Positions 10,544-19,548 of a DNA stretch of 46,146 nt are shown piece by piece. Source of the DNA: Chloroflexota bacterium (GTDB taxonomy: Bacteria > Chloroflexota > Dehalococcoidia > Lucifugimonadales > UBA3495); assembly GCA_027623675.1 (NCBI GenBank), contig JAQBVF010000028.1, positions 1-46,146 on the forward strand. Reading direction: 5' to 3'. The translations under genes were made by a program, and so were the position numbers. The notes beneath the pieces are model-generated. The model searched no databases and was not told the origin of the DNA. It saw nothing but the letters and a program-made list of their open reading frames with translations. The stretch's first letter is position 1, and every line of letters starts with the position of its first letter.

Positions 10544-12190
10544 TTGAATACCATTGAAGCGATAACAGAGATACTCAAGCGAGAAGGAGTCAAATACCTT
10601 CCTTGCTTTCCCACCACTCCGGTGATCGAAGCTGCCGCCCTTGGCGGCATCCGGCCCATCGTCTGCCGCCAGGAGCGGGTGGGAGTGGGCATCGCCGATG
10701 GGATCAGCAGGATCAGCAACGGCGACCAGATGGGCGTATTCGCCATGCAGTACGGCCCGGGCGCCGAGAATGCCTACCCCGGCATCGCGACTGCCTTCTC
10801 CGACTCGGTGCCGCTGTTGCTGCTTCCTCTGGGCCATCCCAGAGAGCGGGCCGGCATCGCGCCTCATTACAGCTCGCTGAAGGGATACGACGATATCACC
10901 AAGGCCATCGAGCAGGTGAACACCCCCGACCGAACATCCGACATCATGCGCCGCGCCTTCGCGGGGCTGCGCCAAGGCCGGGGCGGGCCGATGGCTGTTG
11001 AGATTCCCGCCGACGTCGCCCTGGAAGAAGTTAGCGAAGAGTCTTTCTACTACGTTCCCAGCCGGCCCACCACCAGCCAGGGGAACTCCGCCGACATCGA
11101 GGCCGCGGCCAAGGCCCTGTGCGCCGCCCACTACCCGGTAATCATGGCCGGTCAGGGCGTGCTCTACGCCAAGGCGTCCGGCGAGTTGCTGGAACTGGCC
11201 GAGCTGCTCCAGGTGCCGGTGTGTAGCACCCTCTTGGGCAAGAGCGCCTTCCCCGAGGTCCATCCGTTGGCGCTAGGCAGCACCGGCCCCACCATCTCGG
11301 GCCACGCCTACCACTTCATACGCCGCGCCGACCTCATGTTTGGCATCGGCACCAGCTTCACCAAACACGGCATGTGCATGAACATCCCTTCGGGCAAGAC
11401 ACTGATCCAGGCGACCAACGACGCGTCGGACATCAACAAGGACTACAACATCGACCTGCCTATAGTCGGCGACGCCAAGCTGGTCTTGCGCCAAATGATC
11501 GACGCCTGCCGGGCCATCGTCGGCGACAGCCGCAAGGATGACCAGTCCACCGCCAAAGAGGTGCACTCGGAGCGGGAAGGCTGGCTGGGCCAATGGCGGG
11601 CCAAGCTCTCCTCCGCCGAAACCCCAATGACCCCCTACCGGGTGATCTGGGATTTCATGCACACCATCCCGCCGGAAGACGCCATAGTCACCCACGACTC
11701 GGGCAGTCCCCGCGACCAGATAACGCCTTTCTACCGGTCCAACGGCCCCCGCAGCTACCTGGGCTGGGGAAAATCCCACGGCCTGGGCACCGGCTTGGGC
11801 CTGACCATCGGCGCCAAGCTGGCGGCTCCGGAAAAGGTCTGCGTCAACTTCATGGGCGACGCCGCCTTCGGCATGGTGGGACTGGACTTTGAAACGGCGG
11901 TCCGCAGCAACATACCCATAATCACCGTGGTGTTGAACAACTCCACCATGGCGGTTGAGACCCGGCAGATGGCCGACTCCCACCAGCTCTACAACACCCG
12001 GGACCTGGGCGGCAACTACGCCGACCTGGGGAAGGCCATGGGCGGGTACGCCGAGCGCATCACCGACCCCAACCAGATCAGCGCCGCCTTCACCCGTGCC
12101 CGCAAGGTCACCGAGGAAGAAGGCAAGGCTGTTCTGCTGGAGTTCATCACCAGCTCGGAGACGGAGGTCTCCCACCGCCGGGCGTTCTAG
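10544..12190 (+). CDS. Thiamine-diphosphate-dependent enzyme (acetolactate synthase-like superfamily)
   Basis: RQER catalytic Glu, GPGAEN, GDAAFGM...NN ThDP motif; AGGAGG RBS before TTG. Confidence 0.92.
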   Translation: MNTIEAITEILKREGVKYLPCFPTTPVIEAAALGGIRPIVCRQERVGVGIADGISRISNGDQMGVFAMQYGPGAENAYPGIATAFSDSVPLLLLPLGHPRERAGIAPHYSSLKGYDDITKAIEQVNTPDRTSDIMRRAFAGLRQGRGGPMAVEIPADVALEEVSEESFYYVPSRPTTSQGNSADIEAAAKALCAAHYPVIMAGQGVLYAKASGELLELAELLQVPVCSTLLGKSAFPEVHPLALGSTGPTISGHAYHFIRRADLMFGIGTSFTKHGMCMNIPSGKTLIQATNDASDINKDYNIDLPIVGDAKLVLRQMIDACRAIVGDSRKDDQSTAKEVHSEREGWLGQWRAKLSSAETPMTPYRVIWDFMHTIPPEDAIVTHDSGSPRDQITPFYRSNGPRSYLGWGKSHGLGTGLGLTIGAKLAAPEKVCVNFMGDAAFGMVGLDFETAVRSNIPIITVVLNNSTMAVETRQMADSHQLYNTRDLGGNYADLGKAMGGYAERITDPNQISAAFTRARKVTEEEGKAVLLEFITSSETEVSHRRAF

Positions 12191-12416
12191 GGCGTACGGG
12201 CCGATACGGCTCACGGATCAAACTGGCTGAGAGCGGCGCACCCCCATTACGGGGTGAGAACAATTCCTCCGGACTTGGGATGGGATAATCCCTGCCCGTC
12301 CGGAGGGAAGGTTGGATTCCCCGATGGATGTGGAGTTTGCTCCGCGCAGGCGCCCCTGAAGTACCACTTGAAGAACCGCAAATAGCCTTAACAACCCACA
12401 CAACTGGAGGCTGGTC

Positions 12417-12776
12417 ATGGCCCCGAGATCGAAGTACCTCTTCATCGCGAGCATGGACGTCGACCCGGCCAAGGAGGCCCTGTTCCACGAGGTCTATAAC
12501 ACCGAGCACTGCCCGGAGTTGGGCAAGATAGCCGGGGTGGGCGACATCACCCGCTTCGAGGCCCAGGCCTTTCAGGTGCTCATCGGCGGACAGACCCAGA
12601 CCGTCTCGCCGGACGGCCAGCCCCGCTTCCACGCCATGTACGAGATCGAAAGCCCTGAGGTACTGAGCTCCCCGGAATGGGGTGAAGCTGTGGAACGTGG
12701 ACGCTGGCCGCAACAGGTCCGGCCCCACACCACCAACCGGCGGCATACCCTGCTGCGGCTGACCTACCCAGAATAA
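12417..12776 (+). CDS. Small dimeric alpha+beta barrel protein (EthD/DUF4286-like)
   Basis: MDVDPAKEALFHEVYNTEH.PEL and AMYEIES pattern; GGAGG RBS. Confidence 0.7.
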   Translation: MAPRSKYLFIASMDVDPAKEALFHEVYNTEHCPELGKIAGVGDITRFEAQAFQVLIGGQTQTVSPDGQPRFHAMYEIESPEVLSSPEWGEAVERGRWPQQVRPHTTNRRHTLLRLTYPE

Positions 12777-12860
12777 ACCGCGAATAAACCCAGTGAATGA
12801 TTCGCGCTGGGCGTTGAGCGGTCTGCCCGGGTCACTGCGCCGGAAGAACCAGGAGATCAC

Positions 12861-14057
12861 ATGGACCACGGCCCAGAGTTTGGCATCGGCTACGGCCTGA
12901 CCAAAGACCAGATCGAATTAGTAGAGAAGGCGGAGCGCGTCGCACGGGAGTGCCTGGCGCCCCGCGCCCATGATGTGGACGCCAGCGGGACCAATCCCAA
13001 GGAAAGCTGGCACGACGTTTGGCGGAACGGCCTGCTGGCCCTGGGCGTGCCGGTGCAGTACGGCGGCCTGGGTCTGGACATGCTCACCTACGTGATGGTG
13101 ATCGAGAAGCTGGCCGGAGGATGCACCAACACCGGTATGACAGTCCATATGCACTCTACGGTGATGCGGTTCATCGCGGCGCTGGGCACCGACCAGCAGA
13201 AGGCCGCCTTCTACCCCGAGGTTGTCGACGACGGCAAGCTATTCGGAAGCTGGGGCAGCGAGCCCGAGACCCGAGGCGGTTCCGCTTTTCGCCATACCAC
13301 CATCACGCCGGAGGGAGAGGGCTACATCATCAACGGCGTCAAGCACTTCTGCACCATGGCCGGCGGCGCCCACCGCTACATGATCCACTGCAACGCTCAG
13401 AACACCGACGATCCCATCGGGTCGCAGCAGTTGGCCCTGGTCCCCCACGGCGCCGCAGGTCTTTCCCAATTGGACGAATGGAACACGTTGGGCATGCGCG
13501 GCACCGTTAGCCCCAGCATGAAACTGGACGATTGCGTGGTTCCCAAAGACGCGGTGCTGGGCAAACCGGGCGAGGGCTATCACACCGGAGTGACCCAGGG
13601 TTTCAGCCTGGGATTCGCCGCGGCCTACGTCGGCGCCGCCCAAGCGGCCCTGGACTTCACCAAAGAGTTCTGCCTGAACCAGACCTTCGCGCCAGACCCC
13701 GGCCGGGTGGCCGACGGCCTGGTGGTGCAGCGGGCCATCGCCGAGATGTCCATGGCCATGAACAGCGCCAGGGCGGCTCTCTATGACGCCGCCAGCCGGT
13801 GGGAGGGCAAAACGGCCAACGAAAGGTCGGTGATCGCCGCCCGGCCCAAATACCTGGCGACCATCGCTTCCCTGGATGTAACGGCCAAGGCGATCCAGAT
13901 CACCGGAGGCAGAAGCGTCCACAAGCGCATGCCGCTGGAGCGCATCTTCCGTGACATCCGCACATCTACGCTGATGCCGCCCAACGTGGACCGCTGTTTG
14001 GAGCTGATTGGCCGGGCCGAATTCGACCTGGACACACCGCTGAACCGGGACGCCTAA
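12861..14057 (+). CDS. Acyl-CoA dehydrogenase-fold flavoprotein
   Basis: SEPE, INGVKHFCT, GMRGT, ITGG, LERIFRDIR; AGGAG RBS. Confidence 0.9.
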   Translation: MDHGPEFGIGYGLTKDQIELVEKAERVARECLAPRAHDVDASGTNPKESWHDVWRNGLLALGVPVQYGGLGLDMLTYVMVIEKLAGGCTNTGMTVHMHSTVMRFIAALGTDQQKAAFYPEVVDDGKLFGSWGSEPETRGGSAFRHTTITPEGEGYIINGVKHFCTMAGGAHRYMIHCNAQNTDDPIGSQQLALVPHGAAGLSQLDEWNTLGMRGTVSPSMKLDDCVVPKDAVLGKPGEGYHTGVTQGFSLGFAAAYVGAAQAALDFTKEFCLNQTFAPDPGRVADGLVVQRAIAEMSMAMNSARAALYDAASRWEGKTANERSVIAARPKYLATIASLDVTAKAIQITGGRSVHKRMPLERIFRDIRTSTLMPPNVDRCLELIGRAEFDLDTPLNRDA

Positions 14058-14093
14058 TCCCTGGGAGATTCCCAAACCAAATGGAGTAACCCT

Positions 14094-15308
14094 TTGACCG
14101 AGCCTGCCCAGACAAACCGGGCCCTAGATGGGCTGAAGGTACTCGACCTTACCCACCACATAGCCGGACCCTACTGCACCAAGTTGCTGGCCGACTTCGG
14201 CGCCGAAGTCATCAAGGTGGAACGGCCCGGCGGCGACCCGGCGCGCCGGATGGCCCCGTTCCTGAACGACGAGGTCGACCCGGAAAAGAGCCTGGTCTTC
14301 GCCTACCTGAACACCAACAAGCAGAGCGTCACCCTGAACCTCAAATCCGAAAAGGGCGTCCAGGTGCTGAAGTCGTTGGTGGCGGAGTCGGACGTTCTGG
14401 TGGAGAACTTCTCCCCCAGCGTCATGCCGTCACTGGGGCTGGACTTCCAGACCCTGCAGGGGATAAACCCCAGCCTGGTTATGACCTCCATCTCCAACTT
14501 CGGGCAGACCGGGCCCTACCGCGACTACAAGGCCGCCGACATCGTTGAATACGCCATGGGCGGGCTGATGTATATCTCCGGGGCCTACGACCGGGAACCG
14601 CTGAAACACGCCTTCAATCAGGCCCAGTTCAAAGCCGGCACCGACGGGGCATCGGCCACCCTGATGGCCGCCTACCACCAGCGCCTCACCGGCGAGGGGC
14701 AGCGCGTCGATATATCCATACAAGAGGCGGTGGCCACCGGACTCCGGGACGTGGTCAACAACTTCACCTACACCGGCGCCGTCCGAAGACGTCAGCCAAA
14801 CCACAGTGGCGACCTGAGCCGTCTTCGGGCCAGCTCCGACGGCCACCTGATCCCGAATCCAGGGATCGGGGCCGGACTGAATTGGGATGTTATGGTGGAG
14901 TTTCTAGACCTGCCTGAACTGGCCGGGGAGAAGTTCAACACCCCTTCGGCACGCTTGGTCCACGCCGAGGAATTGGGCCGGATACTGGACGATTATTTCG
15001 TCAAGCAGGACAAATACGAGCGGTTCTACGCCGCGCATCAGAAGCGTTTCATCTTCGGCGTGGTCCAGTCTCCCGAAGAGGTGATGGCCGACCCCCAATT
15101 CGCCGCCCGGAATTTCTTCGTGGACATCAACCACCCGGCCCTGGGCACGTTGAAGTACCCCGGCGCTCCCTTCGAGATGAGCGAGACGCCGTGGCAGGCC
15201 CGCAGTTCGGCCCCGGCCATGGGGCAGCACAACCAGGAGATCATCGGCCACCGGCTGGGCCACACCTCCGAACAACTGGCCCAGATGAGGGCCAACCAGA
15301 TCATCTGA
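14094..15308 (+). CDS. CaiB/BaiF family III CoA-transferase subunit (catalytic Asp replaced by Gln)
   Basis: IAGPYCTKLLADFGAEVIKVE, NTNKQS, VENF, SNFGQTGPY, APAMGQHN; NQAQFKAG at the Asp position. Confidence 0.92.
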   Translation: MTEPAQTNRALDGLKVLDLTHHIAGPYCTKLLADFGAEVIKVERPGGDPARRMAPFLNDEVDPEKSLVFAYLNTNKQSVTLNLKSEKGVQVLKSLVAESDVLVENFSPSVMPSLGLDFQTLQGINPSLVMTSISNFGQTGPYRDYKAADIVEYAMGGLMYISGAYDREPLKHAFNQAQFKAGTDGASATLMAAYHQRLTGEGQRVDISIQEAVATGLRDVVNNFTYTGAVRRRQPNHSGDLSRLRASSDGHLIPNPGIGAGLNWDVMVEFLDLPELAGEKFNTPSARLVHAEELGRILDDYFVKQDKYERFYAAHQKRFIFGVVQSPEEVMADPQFAARNFFVDINHPALGTLKYPGAPFEMSETPWQARSSAPAMGQHNQEIIGHRLGHTSEQLAQMRANQII

Positions 15309-15362
15309 CCGGCTGGGCCAGAATCCCTTAGAATCCCTTAGAACATGGAGAGTCATTAGAAC

Positions 15363-16742
15363 ATGCCAGGTCCCTTGGAAGGCGTCCGTATAATCGAGAT
15401 GGGCCAGCTCATCGCCATACCATTTTCCATGAAGATGCTGGCCGACATGGGGGCCCAGGTCATCCGCCTGGAGTCCACCGGCCGGCTGGAGAGCTACCGA
15501 AGCGACTCGGTGTACCAGAACGACGTGTCGGGCGAGTTCTGGAACAAGGGCGCCAACTTCTACGAGCAGAACCGCAATAAGCTGGGCGTCACCCTGGACC
15601 TGAGCAAGCCCGAGGGTCTGGCCATTCTCAAGGAGCTGGTCTCCGTCGCCGACGTATTCTCAGAGAATTTCACACCCCGGGTCATCAAGAACTTCGGTCT
15701 GGAATACGAAGACCTCAAGAAGATAAAGCCGGACATCATCATGGTGTCATCCACCGGCTACGGGTTCTACGGTCCCTGGGCCAACTTTGGCGCCACCGGC
15801 CCGGCCACCGAGGGCGCGGCGGGGCTGGCCTACCAGACCGGCTACCTGGGCGGCCCACCGTTGATGGCCGAGATTCCCTACACCGACTACACCTCAGGCG
15901 AGCATACCGTCTTCGCCGTGATGGCCGCCTTGATGCACCGGCTGCGCACCGGCCAGGGGCAGTTCGTGGACATCTCCCAGACCCAGGCCACCAGCGCCAC
16001 CATCCCCGAGATACTGATGGACTACTCGGCCAACGGGCGCACCGGACCGCGCCGGGGCAACCAGGACACCGCCATGGCGCCCCACGGCTGCTACCCCTGC
16101 AAGGACGCCGAGCGCCAGGATAACGGGGGCGGCGGCGACGACCGTTGGATCACGATAGCCGTCTCCACCGACCGCCAGTGGCAGTCTCTCTGCTGGGTAC
16201 TGGGGCAAGATGAATGGGCCACGGACACCCGGTTCGAGGACTCTATGAGCCGTTGGCAGCACCGGGACGAGCTGGACGCCCTGCTGGGTCCGGTGACCCG
16301 TGATTGGGACGCCCACGAGTTGATGCACGCGCTGCAACGGGAAAGGGTTGCCGCGGGAGCGGTGCTGGACAGCAAGGACCTGCTGTTCGACCCGCACCTG
16401 ATCGAGCGTGATTTCTACGAGGTGGTATCCCACCACGAAAGCACGGGCATCCCGCCGCTGCCCTATGCCGGCCGGCCCTGGAAGCTGTCCAAGACCCCCG
16501 CCGTGAAGGGCAAGGCCGCCCCGCTGATGGGGCAGCACAACGCATTGGTCTTGTCCGAGTTGCTGGGCAAGTCAGCCGAAGACATGGCGGCGTTGGAGGA
16601 GGCCGGCATCATCGGCTACGGCCCCACCACCCCCCGCCCGGTGCGGCGCCCGCCAATGGAAGAGCAGGTCCGTCAGGGACGCATGCAACGCTTCGAGACC
16701 GACTTCCAAGAGCAGGTCAGGAAGGCGTTCCCCGGGGACTAG
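15363..16742 (+). CDS. CaiB/BaiF family III CoA-transferase subunit (catalytic Asp retained)
   Basis: LADMGAQVIRLE, NRNKLG, SENF, PYTDYTSG, APHGCYPC, APLMGQHN. Confidence 0.93.
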   Translation: MPGPLEGVRIIEMGQLIAIPFSMKMLADMGAQVIRLESTGRLESYRSDSVYQNDVSGEFWNKGANFYEQNRNKLGVTLDLSKPEGLAILKELVSVADVFSENFTPRVIKNFGLEYEDLKKIKPDIIMVSSTGYGFYGPWANFGATGPATEGAAGLAYQTGYLGGPPLMAEIPYTDYTSGEHTVFAVMAALMHRLRTGQGQFVDISQTQATSATIPEILMDYSANGRTGPRRGNQDTAMAPHGCYPCKDAERQDNGGGGDDRWITIAVSTDRQWQSLCWVLGQDEWATDTRFEDSMSRWQHRDELDALLGPVTRDWDAHELMHALQRERVAAGAVLDSKDLLFDPHLIERDFYEVVSHHESTGIPPLPYAGRPWKLSKTPAVKGKAAPLMGQHNALVLSELLGKSAEDMAALEEAGIIGYGPTTPRPVRRPPMEEQVRQGRMQRFETDFQEQVRKAFPGD

Positions 16743-16822
16743 CGGCGGGCGGTCAGAGAGGGACGTAACGAGTAAATCCCCCAGCAGGTCTTCCCCAGCC
16801 ACAAACCCACCCTGCGGCGTCT

Positions 16823-16911
16823 TCATCCTGGGTGAATCGAGGGGTCTCATTACTTCTCGGCTGTGCTGTTCCACCGGCAACAAGATTCCTCGGCTGACGC
16901 CCCGGAATGAC
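16823..16911. repeat. REP-like inverted pair (GTCAT/ATGAC-ended palindromic family)
   Basis: Left arm TCATCCTGGGTGAATCGAGGGGTCT is roughly the inverse of right arm AGATTCCTCGGCTGACGCCCCGGAATGAC; related sequence at 31470-31501. Confidence 0.6.
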
Positions 16912-16917
16912 ATTGCG

Positions 16918-16959
16918 TAAACGATAGGAGGGGCAGGGAATTGCCGTGCCCCTCCTATC
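16918..16959. terminator. Terminator-like hairpin between the convergent CaiB and leuD genes
   Basis: GATAGGAGGGGCA/TGCCCCTCCTATC 13-bp perfect stem; only short T tails. Confidence 0.65.
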
Positions 16960-17032
16960 TCGTTGGTTTCCAGGCAGCCACCGCTAGCTGAAGCCTAACC
17001 GCTGTTAGTTGATATCTAACGGCGTCCGCGCC

Positions 17033-17626
17033 TTAAAGCCCGTGCCTGGCCTCGTAGTCGTTGATGTCGTTCTCCATGCGGAGGGTGAGGCCGATGTCGT
17101 CCAGTCCATTGACTAGGGCGTCTTTGCGGGCGGCGTCGATCTCGAACGAGATGGAGATCTCCTCGCTCTCGTCCCAGACCCGTTGGCCTACCAGATCGAC
17201 ACTTAGCTCGATGCCGGGGTCGGCCTCGGCCTTCTCCATGATCTCCCGCACCTGCTCCTCGGGCAGGACCAGGGGCAGCACTCCGTTCTTGAAGCAGTTG
17301 TTGTAGAAGATGTCGGCGAAACTGGTGGAGATGATGCACTTGATGCCGTAGTCCCGCAGCGCCCAGGGGGCGTGCTCCCGCGACGATCCGCAGCCAAAGT
17401 TGGGGCCGGCAACCAGGACGTTGGCGTTCCGGTAGCCGGGCTTGTTCAAGACGAAGTCCGGGTTCTCGCTGCCGTCGGCGTTGTAGCGCCAGGACGAGAA
17501 CAGGGCGTCCTCGAATCCGGTGCGCTCGATGCTCTTCAGGTACACCGCCGGTATTATCTGGTCGGTGTCAATGTTAACGCGGTCCAATGGGGCGACCACG
17601 CCGGTCAGTTTCGTGAATGCGTCCAT
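17033..17626 (-). CDS. leuD: 3-isopropylmalate dehydratase small subunit
   Basis: NIDTDQIIP, NFGCGSSREHAPWAL, SFADIFYNN, GLDDIGLTL. Confidence 0.98.
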   Translation of the reverse strand: MDAFTKLTGVVAPLDRVNIDTDQIIPAVYLKSIERTGFEDALFSSWRYNADGSENPDFVLNKPGYRNANVLVAGPNFGCGSSREHAPWALRDYGIKCIISTSFADIFYNNCFKNGVLPLVLPEEQVREIMEKAEADPGIELSVDLVGQRVWDESEEISISFEIDAARKDALVNGLDDIGLTLRMENDINDYEARHGL

Positions 17627-17689
17627 GTTATGTCTCCTGAAATCTGGTGCCCTTCGGGAATCACGTCCCCGGGAATCGGTGGCTGCTGC

Positions 17690-19090
17690 CTAGAAATCCC
17701 TTACGTCGACGAAGTGGCCGGCGATGGCGGCGGCGGCAGCCATGGCGGGGCTGACCAGGTGGGTGCGGCCGCCCTTGCCCTGCCGTCCCTCGAAGTTGCG
17801 GTTGGAGGTCGAAGCGCAACGCTCGCCCGGCGAAAGGATGTCGGGGTTCATACCCAGACACATGGAGCAGCCAGCCACCCGCCAATCCAGACCAGCTTCC
17901 TCAAATATCTTGTCCAGGCCCTCTTCCTCGGCCTCCTTCTTGATCTTGGCCGAGCCGGGGACGATCATGGCGTAAACGTCGTCGTGGCACTTCTTGCCCT
18001 TGACCACCTCGGCGGCGGCCCGCAGGTCTTCAAGCCGGGCGTTGGTGCAGGCGCCGACAAAGATGCGGTCGATCTTGATGTCCTTGATCGGCGTGCCGGG
18101 TTTCAGGTCCATGTATTGCAAGGCCCTTTCCGTGGACTCCCGTTGGGCTTCATCCTCGATGTCCGCCGGGTTGGGGACCTTACCGGAGATGGGGGCGACC
18201 ATACCGGGGTTGGTCCCCCAGGTCACGTGGGGCTCCAACTCCGAGGCATCGAGCTCCACCAGCCGGTCGTACTTGGCGCCGGGGTCGGTCGCCAGGGCCT
18301 TCCAGCGCTCCACCGCCGCGTCGAAGTCGGCGCCTTGGGGGGCGAACTGGCGGCCCCGCAGGTAGTCGTAGGTGGTCTGGTCGGGAGCGATCATGCCGGC
18401 CCGGGCGCCGGCCTCGATGCTCATGTTGCAGACGGTCATGCGGCCGTCCATGGACAGGTTTCGGATGGCCTCGCCGGTGTATTCGATGACGTGTCCCACG
18501 CCGCCGTAAACGCCGATCTTGCCGATGATCGCCAGGATGATGTCTTTGGCGGTGACGCCCCTGGGCAGTGCGCCGTTGACCCGCACCTCCATGGTGTCGG
18601 GCTTGAACGAACGCAGGGTCTGGGTAGCCAGGACGTGCTCGACCTCGGACGTTCCGATGCCGATGGCGAAGGCTCCCAACGCGCCGTGAGTGGAGGTGTG
18701 GCTGTCGCCGCAGACCACGGTCTTGCCGGGCTGGGTGTAGCCAAGGTCCGGCCCGATGATGTGGACGATGCCCTGGAGGGGACTGAACCGGTCATACAAG
18801 GTGACGCCGAATTCGGCGCAGTTGCGGTCTAGCGCGTCCAACTGTTTCTTGGAGATCTCGTCGATTACCGGGAGGGACAGGTCCCAGGTGGGCGTGTTGT
18901 GGTCGGCGGTGGCGATGGTCAGGTCTAGGCGGCGCACCTTCCGGCCGGCCATCCTCAGGCCGTCAAACGCCTGGGGCGAGGTTACTTCGTGGACCAGATG
19001 CAGGTCGATATAGATGACTGGCGGCTCGCCCGGTTCCTGAGCGACAACGTGGTCGTCCCAGATCTTTTCGAACATCGTCTTAGGAGGCAT
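17690..19090 (-). CDS. leuC: 3-isopropylmalate dehydratase large subunit
   Basis: [46 protein letters not shown]. Confidence 0.99.
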   Translation of the reverse strand: MPPKTMFEKIWDDHVVAQEPGEPPVIYIDLHLVHEVTSPQAFDGLRMAGRKVRRLDLTIATADHNTPTWDLSLPVIDEISKKQLDALDRNCAEFGVTLYDRFSPLQGIVHIIGPDLGYTQPGKTVVCGDSHTSTHGALGAFAIGIGTSEVEHVLATQTLRSFKPDTMEVRVNGALPRGVTAKDIILAIIGKIGVYGGVGHVIEYTGEAIRNLSMDGRMTVCNMSIEAGARAGMIAPDQTTYDYLRGRQFAPQGADFDAAVERWKALATDPGAKYDRLVELDASELEPHVTWGTNPGMVAPISGKVPNPADIEDEAQRESTERALQYMDLKPGTPIKDIKIDRIFVGACTNARLEDLRAAAEVVKGKKCHDDVYAMIVPGSAKIKKEAEEEGLDKIFEEAGLDWRVAGCSMCLGMNPDILSPGERCASTSNRNFEGRQGKGGRTHLVSPAMAAAAAIAGHFVDVRDF

Positions 19091-19259
19091 TTAGGTCTTC
19101 CTTGTACCGTGGTTCAGTATAATGGTTCGGTATCGTGCTACAGAGTTTGGCGTTTTCGTCCGCCGGAACATCCGCTGCGTTGGCCGGTCTCCCCAGTATT
19201 CCAGGGACCACACCCAAACACCCGGCCACGCCTATATCGGACGACAAAAACCGGGCCGT

Positions 19260-19268
19260 ATTATAGCA
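19260..19268 (-). promoter_or_regulatory. Extended -10 promoter for leuCD
   Basis: TGCTATAAT on the minus strand ~170 nt upstream of the leuC ATG. Confidence 0.6.
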
Positions 19269-19548
19269 TCAAGCAGGGCGTTCGCCACGCCAAGTGCCAT
19301 ATCGGTTAGCATTACCCAGGATGGCAAGTCAGCCCCGTCATGGGTAGAGGCCACAGCGGGTTAATGATACACTGGCCCTGCGCCTAAAGATCGGCCTATT
19401 GCGCCCGGTTGGGCCACCGGACCAACCTCGCTCTCACATCGGCATATACGGCAGAATCTTCAACGCCGGTTCGTGAATGCGCCGCCCATCTGATTCCCGA
19501 AATCCCACGACTAAAGTTTAGGCTTTAAGTCTTTGGAGGAAGTTAACT

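Noticed and set aside
17372..18832. 486-aa plus-strand ORF
   Set aside because: Antisense shadow of leuC/leuD caused by high-GC codon bias; no recognisable motifs
19091..19260. Leucine attenuator peptide or T-box before leuC
   Set aside because: No Leu-codon run in short ORFs, no T-box consensus, no U-tailed terminator
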